Below are positions 49,027 to 58,500 of a stretch of 64,000 nt of DNA, piece after piece; positions within the stretch are counted from its first letter, which is position 1; each line of letters begins with the position of its first letter. A model generated the notes under the pieces. The model was not told the DNA's origin and made no database searches. It saw only the letters and a list, made by a program, of their open reading frames with translations. A program made the position numbers and the translations under genes. The stretch is from an uncultured Actinomycetes bacterium (GTDB lineage: Bacteria > Actinomycetota > UBA4738 > HRBIN12), in NCBI GenBank assembly GCA_963704725.1, contig OY969934.1, positions 672,001 to 736,000 of the forward strand, read 5' to 3'.

Positions 49027-49788
49027 ATGCCGGTTCCTGATCCCTCATTCGGTTGGCAGGATGCCACCGCTGCCTTCGCCGTCGTCGCGGTCGTGGCGTT
49101 CCTGGTGACCTGGGTCGTGACGGACCTCGGTCACGTGTCGCGGACTCCCTACGTGGCGATCCTCACACTGACGACGCTCGCCCTTGCGGCTGGCTACCTC
49201 GCTTGGTCGGGCACGTCCGTGGCCGAGCTCGTAACGGCGGGGTGGGTCTGGGGCATCCTCGGGGGTCTGGTCGCAGCTGCGCTGGTCATTCCCCTGGTCC
49301 GTCGGCTGCCCTCAGGACCTCGCCCTGAAGGTTCTCAGCTCGTTGGACGGTTCCTCTGGGAAGGGGGCGTGTACGGCTTCGCGGAAGGAGTCCTACTCGC
49401 AACCCTGCCGGTCCTGGCTGTCTGGCAGGCAACCGACGCGCTCGGCTGGACGGATACCACATGGGCAAAGGTCGGCTCGGGCGCACTCGCGGCGGTCGGA
49501 GCGTTGTTCGTGATCTTGGTCCACCACCTCGGATACCGTGAGTTCCGGGCGAGGGCCGCAAGGAAGATGCTTCGGGGTGCGCTGGTTGCTTGCGGCATCC
49601 AGGCGTTGGCGTTCCTTCTGACGGGAAACGTGCTCGCTCCGGTCGTCGCCCACATCGTGCTCCACGGGGAGCTGACACTCCGCGGCATCGAGATGCCTCC
49701 CACGTCGCATCCGGAGCCGGTTTCCAGTGGCGCAGGCCGCGCGCGGGTCACCAAGGTCCCCGCACCGGAGAAGGAGTCAGTCGCGTAG
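49027..49788 (+). CDS. Multi-pass membrane protein, CAAX/Abi-like motifs (array gene 5)
   Basis: About 7 hydrophobic segments; E-G..L, HH.GY, P.VAH..LH. Confidence 0.6.
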   Translation: MPVPDPSFGWQDATAAFAVVAVVAFLVTWVVTDLGHVSRTPYVAILTLTTLALAAGYLAWSGTSVAELVTAGWVWGILGGLVAAALVIPLVRRLPSGPRPEGSQLVGRFLWEGGVYGFAEGVLLATLPVLAVWQATDALGWTDTTWAKVGSGALAAVGALFVILVHHLGYREFRARAARKMLRGALVACGIQALAFLLTGNVLAPVVAHIVLHGELTLRGIEMPPTSHPEPVSSGAGRARVTKVPAPEKESVA

Positions 49789-49944
49789 GGAAGTCATAGA
49801 ACCCGCATGCGTCAGTGGGTGAAACTCTGCACGCATCCCGGCGCCGTTGGCGGCGACGGAGGTATATGAACTGGTGTCGAAGATCACCTCGCCCTGGGTT
49901 GAAGGTCGAACGTTCGGCCCTGGAAGTACCGAGAGGAGAACACG

Positions 49945-50289
49945 GTGAGCAACGAACAGGCGGCACCTGAGACCAAGGGTGTTGCGGTGGAGTTCCTTGC
50001 AGCGGTTGACCTTGGGCCTGAGATCGAGGGCATGGCAGGGCGCCAACTTCGGATGCGTACGGTGACCATCGAGGCTGGAGGCGTCTTCGGCCCCATCCAC
50101 GACCATGAAGGCAGACCGGGCCTCGTCTACATTCTGCAGGGAACGATCACCGACCATCGAGATGGAGGCGCGACGGACTATGGGCCGGGAGTGGGCTGGC
50201 CCGAGGATAGGAACACCACACACTGGCTCGAGAACAGAGGAACGACTCCGGCGGTGGAGATCTCGGTCGACATCGTCGGGCAAGAGTGA
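49945..50289 (+). CDS. Cupin domain protein (array gene 6)
   Basis: SD GAGGAG; H.H..RP..VYILQG, HWLEN.G. Confidence 0.85.
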   Translation: MSNEQAAPETKGVAVEFLAAVDLGPEIEGMAGRQLRMRTVTIEAGGVFGPIHDHEGRPGLVYILQGTITDHRDGGATDYGPGVGWPEDRNTTHWLENRGTTPAVEISVDIVGQE

Positions 50290-51884
50290 GTGACGCGACC
50301 GGCACCCACAACGTGAGCACGGACGAGGAAACGGGCGCGACGGCGGAGCGGTCCTCGGGCGTGCGGCTGTCAGAGCTCGTCGCCGTCATCTCGTTCTCCT
50401 CCGACTTCGGGCTCGGACAGCCGATGGAGCATGTCCTGCGCTCGTGCCTGATCGCGCTCCGCCTCGCGGATCGCCTCGGCGTCGACGAGGACGGGCGGCG
50501 CGAGATCTACTGGGTCACGCTCCTCGCCCTCGTGTGCACGGGCGAGTCCTTCGAGCTCGCGGGGGTGTTCGGCGACGACGTGGCCTTCCGAGCGGGCATG
50601 TACCACGTCGGGCCGTCGCAGCTCGCGCAGATGCTCTACGTGCTCCGGTCGGCGTCCCCACGCGTGCGAGGGGCCGCGGGGATCGCGTCGAGCGGCGGGC
50701 GGTCGGTCGAGTCGATGTTCCTCGCGCACTGCGCCGTCACGCGCGAGGTGGCGCGGCGTCTCGGGCTCGGCACAGGCGTCGCCGAGGCGCTCTCGCACAC
50801 GTTCGCCCGGTGGGACGGCAAGGGGCTCCCGCGCGGCGTGGTGCCCGAGGACGTGCCGATCTCCGCGCGGGTGATGCAGCTCGCGGACCTCGCCGAGGTC
50901 CATCACCGCCTGCGCGGGATCGAGGGCGCGCTCGAGATGGTGCGGTCGAGGGCGGGCAGGATGTTCCCGCCGGATCTGGCGCGGCGCTTCCTGGACGACG
51001 CGCCGGAGATCCTGGCGGACCTCGACGACTCGGCATGGGACCGCGTCGTGGCCGCCGAGCCGGACCCTCGTCCGCCGCTCACCGAGGACGGGTTCGACGA
51101 GGTGCTCGAGGTCATGGCCGACATCGCCGACCTGAAGTCGCCGTGGTTCGCCGGCCATTCGCGCGGGGTGTCCGACCTCGCCGCGCGCGCGGTGCGCGCC
51201 GCCGGGATGCCGGAGCCCGACGTCGTCACCGTTCGGCGCGCGGGTCTCCTCCACGACCTCGGCCGGACGGCGATCGCGAACAGCCTGTGGGACCGGCGCG
51301 AGGCGCTCACGGACGGCCAGCACGAGCGGATCCGTCTGCACGCGTACTACACCGAGCGCATGCTGCGGCGTCCCGCCGCGCTCGCCGGGCTCGCGGCGAT
51401 CGCGTCGTCGGATCACGAGCGGCTGGACGGGTCGGGCTACCACCGGGGCGCGCGCGGCGCGGACATCCCTCTGCTCGGCCGCTACCTGGCCGCCGCCGAC
51501 GTGTACCACGCGCTGCTCGAGGATCGCCCCCACCGGCACGCCCGCACACCGAAGGAGGCGGCCGCGCACGTGCGGAGCGAGGCCCGGGCGGGGCGGCTCG
51601 ACGGCGCCGCGGTGGACGTCGTCCTCGGGGCGGCCGGCCACCGGCGCACCGGAGCGTCGGCCGCCCCCGCCGGACTCACGGCCAGGGAGGTCGAGGTCCT
51701 CGTCCTCGTCGCGCGCGGGTCGACCACCCGCCAGGTCGCTCGGGCGCTCGGCATCGCGCCGAAGACCGCCGGCAACCACATCGAGCGGATCTACGCGAAG
51801 ATCGGCGCGTCGAGCCGGTCCACCGCGACGCTGTTCGCGATGCGCCACGGCATGCTCGCCACGCTCGAGCCCGTCCGTCCCTGA
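50286..51884 (+). CDS. HD-GYP-like phosphohydrolase fused to LuxR HTH
   Basis: RWDGKG.P, HDLGR, HERLDGSGY, GLTAREVEVL...IYAKIG. Confidence 0.9.
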   Translation: MSDATGTHNVSTDEETGATAERSSGVRLSELVAVISFSSDFGLGQPMEHVLRSCLIALRLADRLGVDEDGRREIYWVTLLALVCTGESFELAGVFGDDVAFRAGMYHVGPSQLAQMLYVLRSASPRVRGAAGIASSGGRSVESMFLAHCAVTREVARRLGLGTGVAEALSHTFARWDGKGLPRGVVPEDVPISARVMQLADLAEVHHRLRGIEGALEMVRSRAGRMFPPDLARRFLDDAPEILADLDDSAWDRVVAAEPDPRPPLTEDGFDEVLEVMADIADLKSPWFAGHSRGVSDLAARAVRAAGMPEPDVVTVRRAGLLHDLGRTAIANSLWDRREALTDGQHERIRLHAYYTERMLRRPAALAGLAAIASSDHERLDGSGYHRGARGADIPLLGRYLAAADVYHALLEDRPHRHARTPKEAAAHVRSEARAGRLDGAAVDVVLGAAGHRRTGASAAPAGLTAREVEVLVLVARGSTTRQVARALGIAPKTAGNHIERIYAKIGASSRSTATLFAMRHGMLATLEPVRP

Positions 51885-51898
51885 CGCCCCGCCCGGCG

Positions 51899-51918
51899 CA
51901 TGAGGAGAACTCCTCATG
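51899..51918. promoter_or_regulatory. Perfect inverted repeat, probable operator of the HD-LuxR protein
   Basis: CATGAGGAG-AA-CTCCTCATG upstream of TAGCGT (51939-51944) and the cupin gene. Confidence 0.65.
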
Positions 51919-51990
51919 ACGCGCTCTCGGGCTCTCCCTAGCGTGCGACGCATCCCCGGGGGTGTCCCGGGGCCGACGAGAGGAGGAGCG

Positions 51991-52374
51991 GTGACGGCGA
52001 CCGCGAGGAGCTTCGAGCAGCCGGACGACACGACGCGCTTCGCCAACGGCGAGCAGCGGATCGTCCACGTGATGGGCGCGCCCGTGGGCTTCGCCACGTT
52101 CCGGCCCGGGTGGCGGTGGTCGAACGACATCCGCCCGCTGGCCGGCACCGATCGGTGCCGCGCGCATCACGCCGGCTACGTCCTCGCCGGCAGGTTGCAC
52201 GTGGAGCCGCTCGACGGCCCGCCGGTCGAGCTGGCTGCGGGGGACGTGTTCGAGATCGCCCCGGAGCACGACGCGTGGGTGGTCGGGGACGAGGCGTGCG
52301 TGCTGATCGACTGGTTCGGCACGGCGGACGCGCCCGCACGCCCGACCGCGGAGCGCGCGGGAGCACGGCGATGA
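51991..52374 (+). CDS. Cupin domain protein
   Basis: SD GAGGAGGAG; PGWRWS, C.A.H.GY, P.HDAWVVG. Confidence 0.88.
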   Translation: MTATARSFEQPDDTTRFANGEQRIVHVMGAPVGFATFRPGWRWSNDIRPLAGTDRCRAHHAGYVLAGRLHVEPLDGPPVELAAGDVFEIAPEHDAWVVGDEACVLIDWFGTADAPARPTAERAGARR

Positions 52375-52892
52375 GCGGCACGCCGGCCACCCTGACGTTC
52401 CGCCTCTCGGTCCCGACCACGGCATCGCCCGCCGTCGTCTACCACCACCTCGCGGACCTCGGATCGCACCTCGTCTGGGCGGGGGAGCGGGCCCCTCGGA
52501 AGAGCTTCCGCCTGCTGACGATCGAAGCTCAGAGCCGCGCGGCGACCGTCGGCGAGCGGTTCTCCTCGAGCGGCGCGAACAGCAACGGGACCTTCTACGA
52601 CCGGTCCGTGGTGGTCGAGGCCGATCCCGGTGCGCGCCTCGGGTTCGACACCGAGTCGACGCTCGACCGCAAGCACGGCACGACCTGGCACGCCAGGTTC
52701 GCGCACCGCTACACGATCGAACGCTCGGGTGAGGGGGCGGTGGTCGCGTACGCGGCCGAGGTCCGGCCGCAGAACTACGTCCCGTACTGGCTGAAGCCGG
52801 GGATGCGCAGGGTGACGCGCGTCATGGTGCAGTCGATGATGCGCCGGAACCTCCGGAACCTCGTGGCGATGGCGGAGGCGTCGGAGGGCTAG
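52371..52892 (+). CDS. SRPBCC/polyketide cyclase-like protein
   Basis: ATGA overlap; ASP..VY..LADL..H..W and C-terminal helix. Confidence 0.65.
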   Translation: MSGTPATLTFRLSVPTTASPAVVYHHLADLGSHLVWAGERAPRKSFRLLTIEAQSRAATVGERFSSSGANSNGTFYDRSVVVEADPGARLGFDTESTLDRKHGTTWHARFAHRYTIERSGEGAVVAYAAEVRPQNYVPYWLKPGMRRVTRVMVQSMMRRNLRNLVAMAEASEG

Positions 52893-54166
52893 GAGGTCCC
52901 GGCGAGCCCGTCGATCATGGCCGCCGGCACCCCGGACGCGTCGCAGGGATCGGGGCGCTCGCGCGGGGACAGGAGCTCCGCTATCGCGTCCCCGCCCTCG
53001 CGGGCCCCGAACACCTCGCCGTCGCGCCGCGCCCACAGCCACACGAGCCAGCCCTCGAAACCGTACGCGCACGAGTCGGCCTGCCAGTGGGCGAGAGCCC
53101 GGGCGCCGGCCGCGGCGTCGGCGTACGCGAAGCGGAACGCGCCGAACTCGCCCATGACGACCGGCATCTCGACCGCGTCGGACAGCCCGATCGCCGCCAC
53201 CTGTTCCGGGAGGTCGTGCCCCACCCCGGGGTACAGGTGCAGGTCCGCCAGGTCGAGGGCGGAGGACTCGAGCATCGACCTCGAAGGCACGATCCGCGGG
53301 TCGTCGCCGAGCTGCGCGAAGAACCCCATCGTGACGAGGGCGCCGGGATCGAGCCGGCGGATGGCCGCGCGGACCCGCTCCGTCGCCACGCGCACGTTCG
53401 ACTCGACCATCGCCTGCTTCTGCGCGGGGTTCGTCATGTCGTAGGTCTCGCCGTCGGCGGTCGTGACCGATCCCGACGTCAGCGACAGGGGCTCCACGTC
53501 GGCCAGGACGAACTGCTCCTGCTGGATCTCGTAGATCACGACCTCGAGCGGGGCGTGTTGCCGGCGCAGGGCCCGGATCACCTCGGTCCAGTACTCGACG
53601 AGCAGGTCGTGGCCCTCGGGCGCCAGCCACAACGAGTTGCGATAGCCGCCGAACGGGCTGCAGCAGGGCAGTCGGTCCGAGTACCCGCGGTCCGGGACGT
53701 CGACCGAGGCGAGCATCACCACGATCCCCTGGGCCCGGGCCATGCGGAGGAAGTCGGCGACGTTGCTCGCGTACGCCGGGCGGATCGATCCGTTCGCCGT
53801 GGAGATGCAGTCCACCCGGCACAGGTCGAGGAACACCCGCACCGTGTCGTAGCCGAGGGCGCGCATCCGTCGGAGCTCGCGACGGATCGCCGCCGGGTCC
53901 CAGTCGCGCGGGCGGAACAGGCCGCTCGCGACGTGGTCGCCCTCGCGGACCTTCATGAGCAGGTTCGCGCCGCGGGGGACGAACCGGTCGCCCGTGCGGC
54001 GGTCGAACAGCTCTCGCACGCCGTCGGCGCGCTCGCGGACGCCGATCCAGTGGCGGTCGCTTCGGGCGGCCGGCGCCGCCGCGGCCGAGAGCAGGGACGC
54101 GGTGAGCGCCACCACCAGCACGAGGGTGACCCGACGGCGCACGGTCGAGGGGGAGCGTAAGCCCAT
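52889..54166 (-). CDS. Secreted GH-A clan glycoside hydrolase (GH5-like)
   Basis: Signal peptide; RGAN, GYDTVRVF, DLHLYP, VVMGEFG. Confidence 0.75.
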   Translation of the reverse strand: MGLRSPSTVRRRVTLVLVVALTASLLSAAAAPAARSDRHWIGVRERADGVRELFDRRTGDRFVPRGANLLMKVREGDHVASGLFRPRDWDPAAIRRELRRMRALGYDTVRVFLDLCRVDCISTANGSIRPAYASNVADFLRMARAQGIVVMLASVDVPDRGYSDRLPCCSPFGGYRNSLWLAPEGHDLLVEYWTEVIRALRRQHAPLEVVIYEIQQEQFVLADVEPLSLTSGSVTTADGETYDMTNPAQKQAMVESNVRVATERVRAAIRRLDPGALVTMGFFAQLGDDPRIVPSRSMLESSALDLADLHLYPGVGHDLPEQVAAIGLSDAVEMPVVMGEFGAFRFAYADAAAGARALAHWQADSCAYGFEGWLVWLWARRDGEVFGAREGGDAIAELLSPRERPDPCDASGVPAAMIDGLAGTS

Positions 54167-54203
54167 CGCTCGTTGGGGCGACATCTGATAATCTGATTCC
54201 GTG

Positions 54204-54455
54204 ATGAAGGACATCTCGGCGACGGACGCCGCTCGGAACTTCTCCGACCTGCTCGACTCGGTCGAACACGGGCACGAGAGCTTCGTCGTGACGAGGGGTG
54301 GGCACCCCGTGGCTCGGATCGTCCCCGCGGAGGCGGCGTCGGGAAGGGCCGTGAAGGACCTGCTCGATCGCCATGCGCCGGATCCCGGATGGTCCGCGGA
54401 TCTGGCGGAGCTGCGGTCCCTGCTGGTCACCGAGGAGCGCGACTGGACCGCCTGA
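54204..54455 (+). CDS. Phd/YefM antitoxin
   Basis: ISATDAARNFSDLLD.V....VVTRGGHPVARI; ATCTGAT direct repeat upstream. Confidence 0.9.
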   Translation: MKDISATDAARNFSDLLDSVEHGHESFVVTRGGHPVARIVPAEAASGRAVKDLLDRHAPDPGWSADLAELRSLLVTEERDWTA

Positions 54456-54838
54456 TCCTCGACACGACCGTGCTCGTGTCCGCCGAGCGCCGTCGCCGCC
54501 GGATCCAGCAGGCGATCGGCGACGACGACGACGTGGCCATCGCCGCGATCACCGCCGCCGAGCTCCTGGTGGGGGTCGAGCTCGCCGACCGTCGGCACCG
54601 GTCGCCGCGCGAGGCCTTCGTCGGCGAGCTTCTCGAAACGCTGACCGTGGAGGACTACTCGCTCGCCACCGCCCGAGCCCATGCGCGCCTGCTCGCGTTC
54701 GCGCGCTCGTCCGGGCGACCGCGGGGCGCCCACGACTTGATGATCGCCGCAGCGGCGGTCGCCTCAGACCGTATCCTCGTGACCGCGGACGGCCGCGGAT
54801 TCGCGGAGCTCCCCGGGGTCGAGGTCCGCGTGGTCTGA
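54443..54838 (+). CDS. vapC: PIN-domain toxin (VapC), probable CTG start
   Basis: LILDTT, TAAEL..G, HDLMIAA.A, VTAD; SD GAGGAG 5 nt before CTG 54443. Confidence 0.88.
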   Translation: MDRLILDTTVLVSAERRRRRIQQAIGDDDDVAIAAITAAELLVGVELADRRHRSPREAFVGELLETLTVEDYSLATARAHARLLAFARSSGRPRGAHDLMIAAAAVASDRILVTADGRGFAELPGVEVRVV

Positions 54839-54857
54839 AGCGAGGGAATGGGTCGGG

Positions 54858-55592
54858 CTATCGCCAGTCGACCGTGACGACCTCGACCGGCTCGGAGATG
54901 CCGCGGACCTGGACCTCGCGCGGCTCCGACGTCTCGTAGCGCGATCCCGCCGCCGTCGCCTTGCTCGCCACGATCTCGCCCCCGGCCGCGAGCGCGGCGA
55001 TCCGGGAGGCCTCGTGGACGCCCTTGCCGGTGAAGTTCTTGCCCACCTGCGTCGCCCCCGCCGCGTGCACGCCGACTCTCACGTTCGGCGCGAACCCGGC
55101 CTTGGCACGGTGATCGGCCAGCCGCCGCTGGATCGCCACGGCGCACGCCAGCGCCTCGTCCGGTGAGTCGAACCCGACGAAGAAGCCGTCGCCCGTCCCG
55201 ACGATCTCCTCGCCGCGGTGGTCGGTGAACAACCCACGGAGCGTCTCGTCGTGCCAGCGGAGGACGTTCTGCCAGGCCTCGTCGCCGAGCGCCTCGACCA
55301 GGTTCGTCGAGCGCTCGATGTCGGTGAACATGAACGTCTTCTGGACCCGGCGCGGCGCCTCCTTGCCGCGGAGCTGCCACGGCAGCAGGTCCGCGACCTC
55401 CTCGACCTCGACCGCGGCCGTGGGACACGCGAGCGCCGCCGTGCGCAGCAGCTCCTCGTCCACGCTCGCCGCGTCGGCCACGTCGGCCTTGGCGAAGTCA
55501 CCCTCCAGCCAGTCGAACGCCGTGGGTGCGATCGTGATGCAGTTGCCGGCCCCGATGCACCGATGCCGGTCGATCCGGGCCCGCAACGCCAT
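54858..55592 (-). CDS. Ferredoxin - class III nucleotide cyclase fusion
   Basis: CIGAGNC...CP ferredoxin, then FTDIERST, GDG, RVGVH, VHEASR; ATG overlaps upstream TGA. Confidence 0.85.
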   Translation of the reverse strand: MALRARIDRHRCIGAGNCITIAPTAFDWLEGDFAKADVADAASVDEELLRTAALACPTAAVEVEEVADLLPWQLRGKEAPRRVQKTFMFTDIERSTNLVEALGDEAWQNVLRWHDETLRGLFTDHRGEEIVGTGDGFFVGFDSPDEALACAVAIQRRLADHRAKAGFAPNVRVGVHAAGATQVGKNFTGKGVHEASRIAALAAGGEIVASKATAAGSRYETSEPREVQVRGISEPVEVVTVDWR

Positions 55593-58500
55593 CAGATCAC
55601 CTCCCGGAACGCGTACGCCGTGGCCTCGGCTCGCGACGGCGTGCCGAGCCTCGCGTACAGCTCGGCCAGCCGGCTCGCCACCTCGGCCTCGCCGAGGCCG
55701 AGCTCCTCGGCGATCTCTCGGTCGGTGCGGCCCGCAACGAGCCCGCCCAGCAGCGCGACCTCCTGTTCGTCCAGCTCGGCCGGCCCGATGCCCTGGACCC
55801 CGTCCGCCGCGATGGGGCCGACCAGGCGGGCCAGCGCGCCTCCCGTCGAGCCCCGGAGCCACCGTGCCCGGACCTCGGGGTCGACCGTGCGCTGCGCGAT
55901 CAGCACGAGCGTCAGGCGCAGGTAGTCGACGACGCCCGCGCGCTCCTCCTCGGTCCCGCCCTCGACGATGGCCCGCGCGGCCGGGAGCACGATCTCGAGC
56001 GACACGTCCTCGTGCGCCGAATCCTGGAGGCTCTGGACCGCCGAGCGGGCCGCCTCCACCGCCTGCTCGACGCGGCCCCGCGCCAGCTCCACCATGGCCA
56101 TCGCCGCGTCGGCCTGGGCCGGCCACGGCGGGTGGCCCGGGAGCTGCGACGCGAGCGAGCGCACCTCGAGCGCCGCCGTCTCGGCCGCGCCGAGGAGCTC
56201 CTCGTCGCCGCCGGCCTCGCCGAGGCGGGCCGCCTCCACCGCCAGCCGGCCGAGGGCCTCGCACCGCGCCGCGGTCTGGCCTTGCGCGGCGGCGAGCTCG
56301 ATCGCCCGCTCGAAGTGCCGGCGCATCTCGTTGGCGTCGCCGGCCGCGGCGTGCACGAGCGCCCGCCACAGCTCGAGCTGTCGGGTGCGGAACGCCGTCG
56401 GCGCGTCCGACGCGGCGGCCTCGGCGCGGGCGAGCCATTCGCGGGCGCCCACGACGTCGTCCAGATCCAACCACGCCATCGCCGTCCCGCCGGCCGAGAG
56501 GAACTCGAAGCCCTTGTCGCCGATCACCTTGGCCTGGCGGTACGCCTCCTCGCCGCGCGAGACGGCGAGGTCGGGGATGACCTTGGCCCGCGCGAACACG
56601 TGCGTCCCGAAGACCATCTGCCACTCGGAGATCGCGCGCTCGCTGCCCTTCGTGAACGACTTGATGTTCGTCCACAGCCGGCGGATCTCCTCGATGTGGT
56701 GGCCGGCGCCCGAGCCCAGGTGGATGTCGGCGCCCCAGCTCAGGACGCCCATCGCGATGATCACCGTCATGGCGCCCTGGCGATCGTCGAGGCGCTCGTA
56801 GATCTCGAGCGCCTCGGGGAGCAGGCGCGAGGCCTCCTCGTAGAGGTGCGCCACCGGCGTCTGGCGAACGACCTCCGCCATGGGCATGGACGTCGTCATG
56901 CGCAGGAACTCCTGGTGGGCGCCGTTCATGATCTCCCCGACGAACCAGGCCCGGAACAAGCCGAAGTCGACGACGGCGATCTCGCGGAGCGAGGCGGCCA
57001 GCGCGCGGTCGTCGCCGAGCTCCCGGGCCAGGTCGGCGGCGTGGCGGAAGGCCTCGGCCGCGCCCTCGAGGTCTGCCTCCGTGAACGAGGGCGAGAACAT
57101 CTCGCCGAGCTCGGCGCCCATGAGCGCCTGCCCGAGCTCCAGCGTGGCCGCGAGCTCGAGCCGGCGGTCGCCGCTCGCCGCCGCATCGCCCTGGACCTGG
57201 CGAGCGAGCGTGGCCGACGCCTCGTGCTCCTCGGACTGGCGCAGGGCGGCCGTGCGGCGCAGGCGGACGTCGCGACCGGTGGAGCTCGTGTCGCCGAGCG
57301 CCTCGGCCAGCGCCTCGATCTCGGCGAGGCCCTCAAGTCGGTCGCCGGTGCGGTGGAGCATCTCGAGGGCGTCGTCGCGCGCGATGAGGAGCTGGAGGCG
57401 CTCCTGGGCGCTCGTTGCCGCCGGGAGCGCGAGGTCCACGACGCGCAGGACCTCCTCGGGGGCGCTCGCGCGCAGCGAGTTCTCCGCCGCCTGCAGCGAG
57501 AACCGGACGCAGATCGTCGCGTCGCCCGCCGCCTTCGCGTGGTGAGCGAGGAGCGGGAGGCTCTCGGGCGCCGGCGCGCCGGTCATGAGCAGCTGGACGA
57601 TCGCCTCGTGCACGGCCCGCCGCTTCGAAGGCGAGAGCGAGCCCGTCGCGAACTCGCGCACCTGGTCGTGGGCGAACGAGTAGTCGGCGGCCTCGTCCTT
57701 CGGGAGCTCGAGGAGCAGCCCGGCGGCGACGGCCGGCGCGAGCGCCTCGGCCAGCTCGTCGGTGGACGGTTTCCGGTCGCCCAACCGGACCTCGACCTCC
57801 TCGAGGTCCTTCAGGCTGAACCGGCGCCCGAGGATCGCGGCGAGGGCGAGCGCGCCCATCGTCTCGTCGGGCAGGCGCGCGGCGCGGCGGGAGATGAGCG
57901 TTCGCACCGCGGCGGGGACGAGCTTCTCGGCGCCCTTCGTGAGCGTCCAGACGTCGCCGACGCGCTGGGCCATGCCGGCCTCGCGGTAGGTCTGGGCCAG
58001 CTCGGCCAGGATGAACGGGACGCCCTCGGATTGGCCGTGCATCGTGTTCGCCATCCGCGGGTCGACGGTCCCGCCGAGCACCTCGGCCAGGAAGGTGGCG
58101 CTCTCCGGGTGGCTGAACCTCGACAGTCGGAACCGCCGGACGACGCCGAACCGCTCCATGTCGGCGAGGAGCGTCACGGCCTCGGTGACGAACGCGAGCT
58201 CCTCGGGCCGGATCGTGGCCATGAGCAGGATCGGGCTCGTCGTGACGGCGCGGACGACGTAGCGCATGGCCCGGAGGCTGTCGTCGTCGGCCCACTGGAG
58301 GTCGTCGACGAAGATCGCGAGCGGCTTCGCGGCGGCCAGGTCGCGCAGGGCCACGGCGGCGAGGTCGAACGTCCGCAGGAGCTTCGCGTCCGGCGGGAGG
58401 CCGGCGAGGGAGGGGTCGTCCCGGCCGGACAGTGCGTCGACGGCGGCCGCGAGCGCCGGGACCGACGAGTCGGCGGCGGCCGCGGCTCCCAGGATCGAGC

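Larger units (their letters stand above)
47104..49844 (+). repeat. Dispersed intergenic motif (TGTCCACGCGCCCCGGCGC family) between small genes
   Basis: Identical 19-mers at 47922-47940 and 48830-48848; variants at 47104-47120, 47562-47580, 49826-49844; identical CGCAGATGACGAGATGAC at 47614-47631 and 48891-48908. Confidence 0.7.

Noticed and set aside
47100-50290. CRISPR array or classical integron
   Set aside because: Spacing is gene-sized and irregular, repeats are degenerate, and no cas, intI or attC consensus is visible
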